A stretch of DNA of 64,000 bases from Bacteroidota bacterium (GTDB lineage: Bacteria; Bacteroidota; Bacteroidia; Bacteroidales; VadinHA17), in NCBI GenBank assembly GCA_012729475.1, contig JAAYDB010000159.1, forward strand, positions 10,063-74,062. Direction: 5' to 3'. The notes under the pieces are model-generated. The model was given only the letters and a program-made list of their open reading frames with translations. It was not told the DNA's origin and searched no databases. This document shows positions 61,747 to 64,000 of the stretch, piece by piece. Numbering within the stretch: position 1 is the first letter of the stretch; each line of letters starts with the position of its first letter. Position numbers and translations under genes: made by a program.

Positions 61747-64000
61747 ATGAAACGTTACAGATTAATAAACAATATTACCGGCTGGGGGATATTTGCAGTA
61801 GCTGCCCTGACTTATCTTTTGACTATTGAGCCCACAGCCAGTTTATGGGATTGCGGTGAGTTCATTGCTTCCGCATACAAGCTTGAAATAGGACATCCTC
61901 CAGGCAGTCCCGTATTCATGATATTGGGCAGGATCTTTTCTCTTTTCGCCGGAGGTAATCAGGAATATGTTGCAGCAATGGTCAATTCTCTTTCAGCCCT
62001 GGCAAGTGCCTTCACTATATTATTTCTCTTCTGGACAATTACCCATCTTGCAAGGAAAATACTGGTGAAAGAGGAGAAACAATTAACATTACCTGTGATA
62101 ATAGCTATTATGGGAGCCGGAGTCGTTGGAGCTCTGGCCTATACTTTCTCTGATTCTTTCTGGTTTTCTGCCGTGGAAGGAGAAGTGTATGCAACTTCTT
62201 CATTATTTACTGCCGCAGTTTTCTGGGCAATACTGAAATGGGAAGATGTAGCCGGAGAAAAACATGCCGACAGATGGATAATATTGATAGCCTTTCTCAT
62301 GGGACTGTCTATAGGGGTCCATCTGCTTAATCTCTTAGCCCTGCCTGCAATTGTTCTTGTTTATTATTTCAGGAAACACGAATTTTCCTGGAAGAGTTTT
62401 ATTCTGTGTCTTATACTATCATTTGTTCTGCTGGCGCTTCTTATTTGGGGACTGATACCGGGATTGGTCAGAATATCAAGTCGTTTCGATCTCTTCTTTG
62501 TTAACACCCTTAAGCTGCCGCATAATGCCGGAATGATATTCCATGTTGTTCTTATGGCCCTGTTGTTTATAACAGCTATTAAGCTGTCAATGAAAACAGT
62601 GGCAAAACCAAAAAACATCATGGCAGGTATTGCTGCTCTTTTTCTTACAGGTATATGGGTCGTATCGGGTTCTGTTTTCATCAATATACTAGTATTACTG
62701 TCTGTTGCGCTGATCGTATGGTATCTTGCCCGAAAAGACCGTGTACTGTATAATACCATGCTTACTGCCGTTACAGTTATCCTTATAGGTTATTCATCCA
62801 CTGCAGTAATTGTTATAAGATCTTCTGCCAATCCTCCTTTGAATGAAAACAATCCCAGGGATCCTTTTAGTCTTTTGTATTATCTTAACAGGGAACAGTA
62901 CGGACAGAGGCCATTGATACACGGGGCTTATTATAATGCTCCGGTACTGGATTACAAGGATGGGAAACCGGTGTATGTACTTGATGAGGAAAAGGAGAAA
63001 TATATAATTACACATCGTCAGCTTGAGCGTGAGTATGATGACAGATTCATGACTCTTTTCCCGCGCATGTGGAGCAATCAGAGTGACGATCATGCAGAGG
63101 TTTACCGTGCCTGGGGAGGGACAAAAGGTATCCCCCTTCAGGTTACTGATCAGTCAGGGGAGAAAAAGATAGTAAGAAAACCCCGTTTCAGTGAGAATCT
63201 GAAATTTATGTTTTCTTATCAGTTTGGGTATATGTATTTCAGATATTTCATGTGGAATTTCTCCGGCAGGCAGAATGATACACAGGGTACAGGAGGTGCA
63301 ATAAACGGTAACTGGATAACGGGTATAAAGATGCTTGATGAATCAAGGGTCGGAACATCCGACATGCCTTCTGATATAAAAAATCATCCTTCCAGGAATA
63401 CGTATTATCTTCTTCCTTTTCTTCTTGGAATAACTGGTCTGTTTTTCCATCTTAATACCGATACCAGAAGATGGTTTAACATAATGTTGCTTTTCATCAT
63501 GACTGGAATCGCCATTGTGTTTTACCTCAATCAGTATCCTAATCAACCCAGAGAAAGGGATTATGCTTATGCAGGCTCATTTTATTTCTATGCAGTGTGG
63601 ATAGGGCTTGGAGTATTGGCTGTGTGCAGGGGACTTTCCCGTATCACAGGAGAGAAAGCGGCAGCACCTTTGTCTTTTCTCCTGTGTTTCCTGGCTGTTC
63701 CACTGTTAATGGGTAAGGAGAACTGGGATGATCACGACAGATCAGGGCGTTATCTGGCGAGAGATGTAGCCTTTAACTATCTTGAATCATGTGCTCCCGG
63801 AGCAATTCTATTTACAAACGGGGATAATGATACATTCCCTCTGTGGTATGCCCAGGAAGTGGAAGAGAAACGTACTGACCTACGGGTGTGCAATTTGATG
63901 CTTCTTAATACCGACTGGTATATAGAACAAATGAAAAAGAAAGTCTATGAATCAGATCCCCTGCCTGTTACTCTTCCTGTAAAAAAGTATTACGACGGTA
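61747..64000 (+). CDS. DUF2723 (TMEM260-like, GT-C type) membrane protein, truncated by the window end
   Basis: Not in the ORF track; manual translation gives EPTASLWDCGEFIASAYKLEIGHPPG, FWFSAVEGEVYA, YLNREQYG, RERDYAY, FTNGDNDTFPLWY. Confidence 0.9.
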   Translation, partial: MKRYRLINNITGWGIFAVAALTYLLTIEPTASLWDCGEFIASAYKLEIGHPPGSPVFMILGRIFSLFAGGNQEYVAAMVNSLSALASAFTILFLFWTITHLARKILVKEEKQLTLPVIIAIMGAGVVGALAYTFSDSFWFSAVEGEVYATSSLFTAAVFWAILKWEDVAGEKHADRWIILIAFLMGLSIGVHLLNLLALPAIVLVYYFRKHEFSWKSFILCLILSFVLLALLIWGLIPGLVRISSRFDLFFVNTLKLPHNAGMIFHVVLMALLFITAIKLSMKTVAKPKNIMAGIAALFLTGIWVVSGSVFINILVLLSVALIVWYLARKDRVLYNTMLTAVTVILIGYSSTAVIVIRSSANPPLNENNPRDPFSLLYYLNREQYGQRPLIHGAYYNAPVLDYKDGKPVYVLDEEKEKYIITHRQLEREYDDRFMTLFPRMWSNQSDDHAEVYRAWGGTKGIPLQVTDQSGEKKIVRKPRFSENLKFMFSYQFGYMYFRYFMWNFSGRQNDTQGTGGAINGNWITGIKMLDESRVGTSDMPSDIKNHPSRNTYYLLPFLLGITGLFFHLNTDTRRWFNIMLLFIMTGIAIVFYLNQYPNQPRERDYAYAGSFYFYAVWIGLGVLAVCRGLSRITGEKAAAPLSFLLCFLAVPLLMGKENWDDHDRSGRYLARDVAFNYLESCAPGAILFTNGDNDTFPLWYAQEVEEKRTDLRVCNLMLLNTDWYIEQMKKKVYESDPLPVTLPVKKYYDG

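Overview
AT-rich chromosomal segment of a Bacteroidota (most likely Bacteroidales-type) bacterium, judged from TAnnTTTG promoter boxes and lineage-typical gene blocks (DUF4271-hemD-rnpA, yceD-rpmF-plsX-fabH, bactofilin-atpZ-atpBEFHAG with separate atpDC, DUF2723). It holds about 60 mostly housekeeping genes. I found no rRNA, tRNA, CRISPR array, prophage or transposase. The most unusual items are: (1) a TetR repressor with a canonical EF-hand loop and a palindromic operator, heading a LolA-like/ABC/beta-barrel/lipid A methyltransferase-like gene run; (2) a hybrid kinase with His replaced by Tyr and degenerate ATP boxes (DivL-like pseudokinase); (3) a GH16-fold protein lacking all catalytic acids, fused to three ~70-aa helical repeats; (4) an ECF sigma/anti-sigma locus with two readable cognate promoters beside a 300-bp repeat element; (5) a frameshifted acyl-CoA ligase and an internally deleted MoeB relic. 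All calls come from reading motifs by eye; no database searches were run.
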